A stretch of 64,000 bases of DNA from a virus (Duplodnaviria; Caudoviricetes), in the IMG/VR virus record IMGVR_UViG_3300017691_000006, positions 1 through 64,000 of that record. One strand, 5' to 3'. The notes below the pieces were generated by a model. That model was not told the origin of the DNA and made no database searches. It was given only the letters and a program-made list of their open reading frames with translations. Positions 63,692-64,000 of the stretch are shown here, in pieces. Each line of letters starts with the position of its first letter. The stretch's first letter is position 1. A program made the position numbers and the translations under genes.

Positions 63692-64000
63692 TCAGAAGAT
63701 CTCGTCGGGGTCGATGTTCGCCGAGTGCGGGTTCGCAGCTGCAGCCGCCTGAGCGGGAGCAGGCTTCGGAGCCGGGGTCGCCTGAGCGCCGGGAGTCGCC
63801 TCCTCGGTCGGTGCCTCGACGCGGACGGTCGTGGCGGTGCCGAACTCGTCGCCCTCGTCGCGCACGCGCGGGACGTAGACGATGTGCGTGGTGAGCTGGA
63901 CGCCCATGAGCACCGACGCCTTGCCGGACTGGCCGGACTCGCGGTCGGTGTAGTCGTACTGGAAGATTCGAATGTTCGCGATCGAGCCGTTGCCGATCGA
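63692..64000 (-). CDS. Single-stranded DNA-binding protein (T7 gp2.5-like), C-terminal part
   Basis: Frame open to the window edge: IGNGSIANIRIFQY...LMGVQL; acidic tail ending in Phe (DPDEIF). Confidence 0.75.
   Translation of the reverse strand, partial: SIGNGSIANIRIFQYDYTDRESGQSGKASVLMGVQLTTHIVYVPRVRDEGDEFGTATTVRVEAPTEEATPGAQATPAPKPAPAQAAAAANPHSANIDPDEIF

Noticed and set aside
1-64000. Reverse transcriptase / DGR / retron, integrase or repressor, endolysin, introns or inteins
   Set aside because: No YxDD RT motif, template/variable repeat pair, recombinase or free-standing lysin recognised. Polymerase, RNR, terminase and helicase are uninterrupted and of normal length. Such genes may lie outside the window.

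Overview
A 64-kb segment of a GC-rich, long-tailed (sipho-type) dsDNA phage genome. Essentially every real gene lies on the minus strand; the long plus-strand ORFs in the track are antisense shadows. Three blocks are visible in transcription order (right to left). (1) 64.0-50.4 kb: a T7-like replication and nucleotide module (SSB, family A DNA polymerase, 5'-3' exonuclease, primase-helicase, class II ribonucleotide reductase, ATP ligase, a pol-beta-type nucleotidyltransferase). (2) 50.1-29.6 kb: about 55 small accessory, probably early, genes. (3) 29.1 kb-1: the virion module (terminase, portal, scaffold, capsid, connectors, tail tube, tRNA-Trp, frameshifted tail chaperone, a 3246-aa tape measure with a lytic transglycosylase domain, tail tip). 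The main signal is a 1556-aa gene between portal and scaffold that fuses an SPP1 gp7/Mu gpF minor head domain to a T7-type single-subunit RNA polymerase with motifs A, B and C intact. Alongside it is a 23-bp motif (minus strand CCCAACCCGTTAAATTAACCCTG; 3 perfect and 2 degenerate copies) found only upstream of gene blocks. Together these suggest a capsid-packaged, injected RNA polymerase and its promoters. A second signal is a small H-type pseudoknot present three times in intergenic regions with compensatory changes in both stems. All family assignments come from motif recognition by eye; no database search was run. An alphaproteobacterial host is only a guess from GC content and the GTA-like tail genes.
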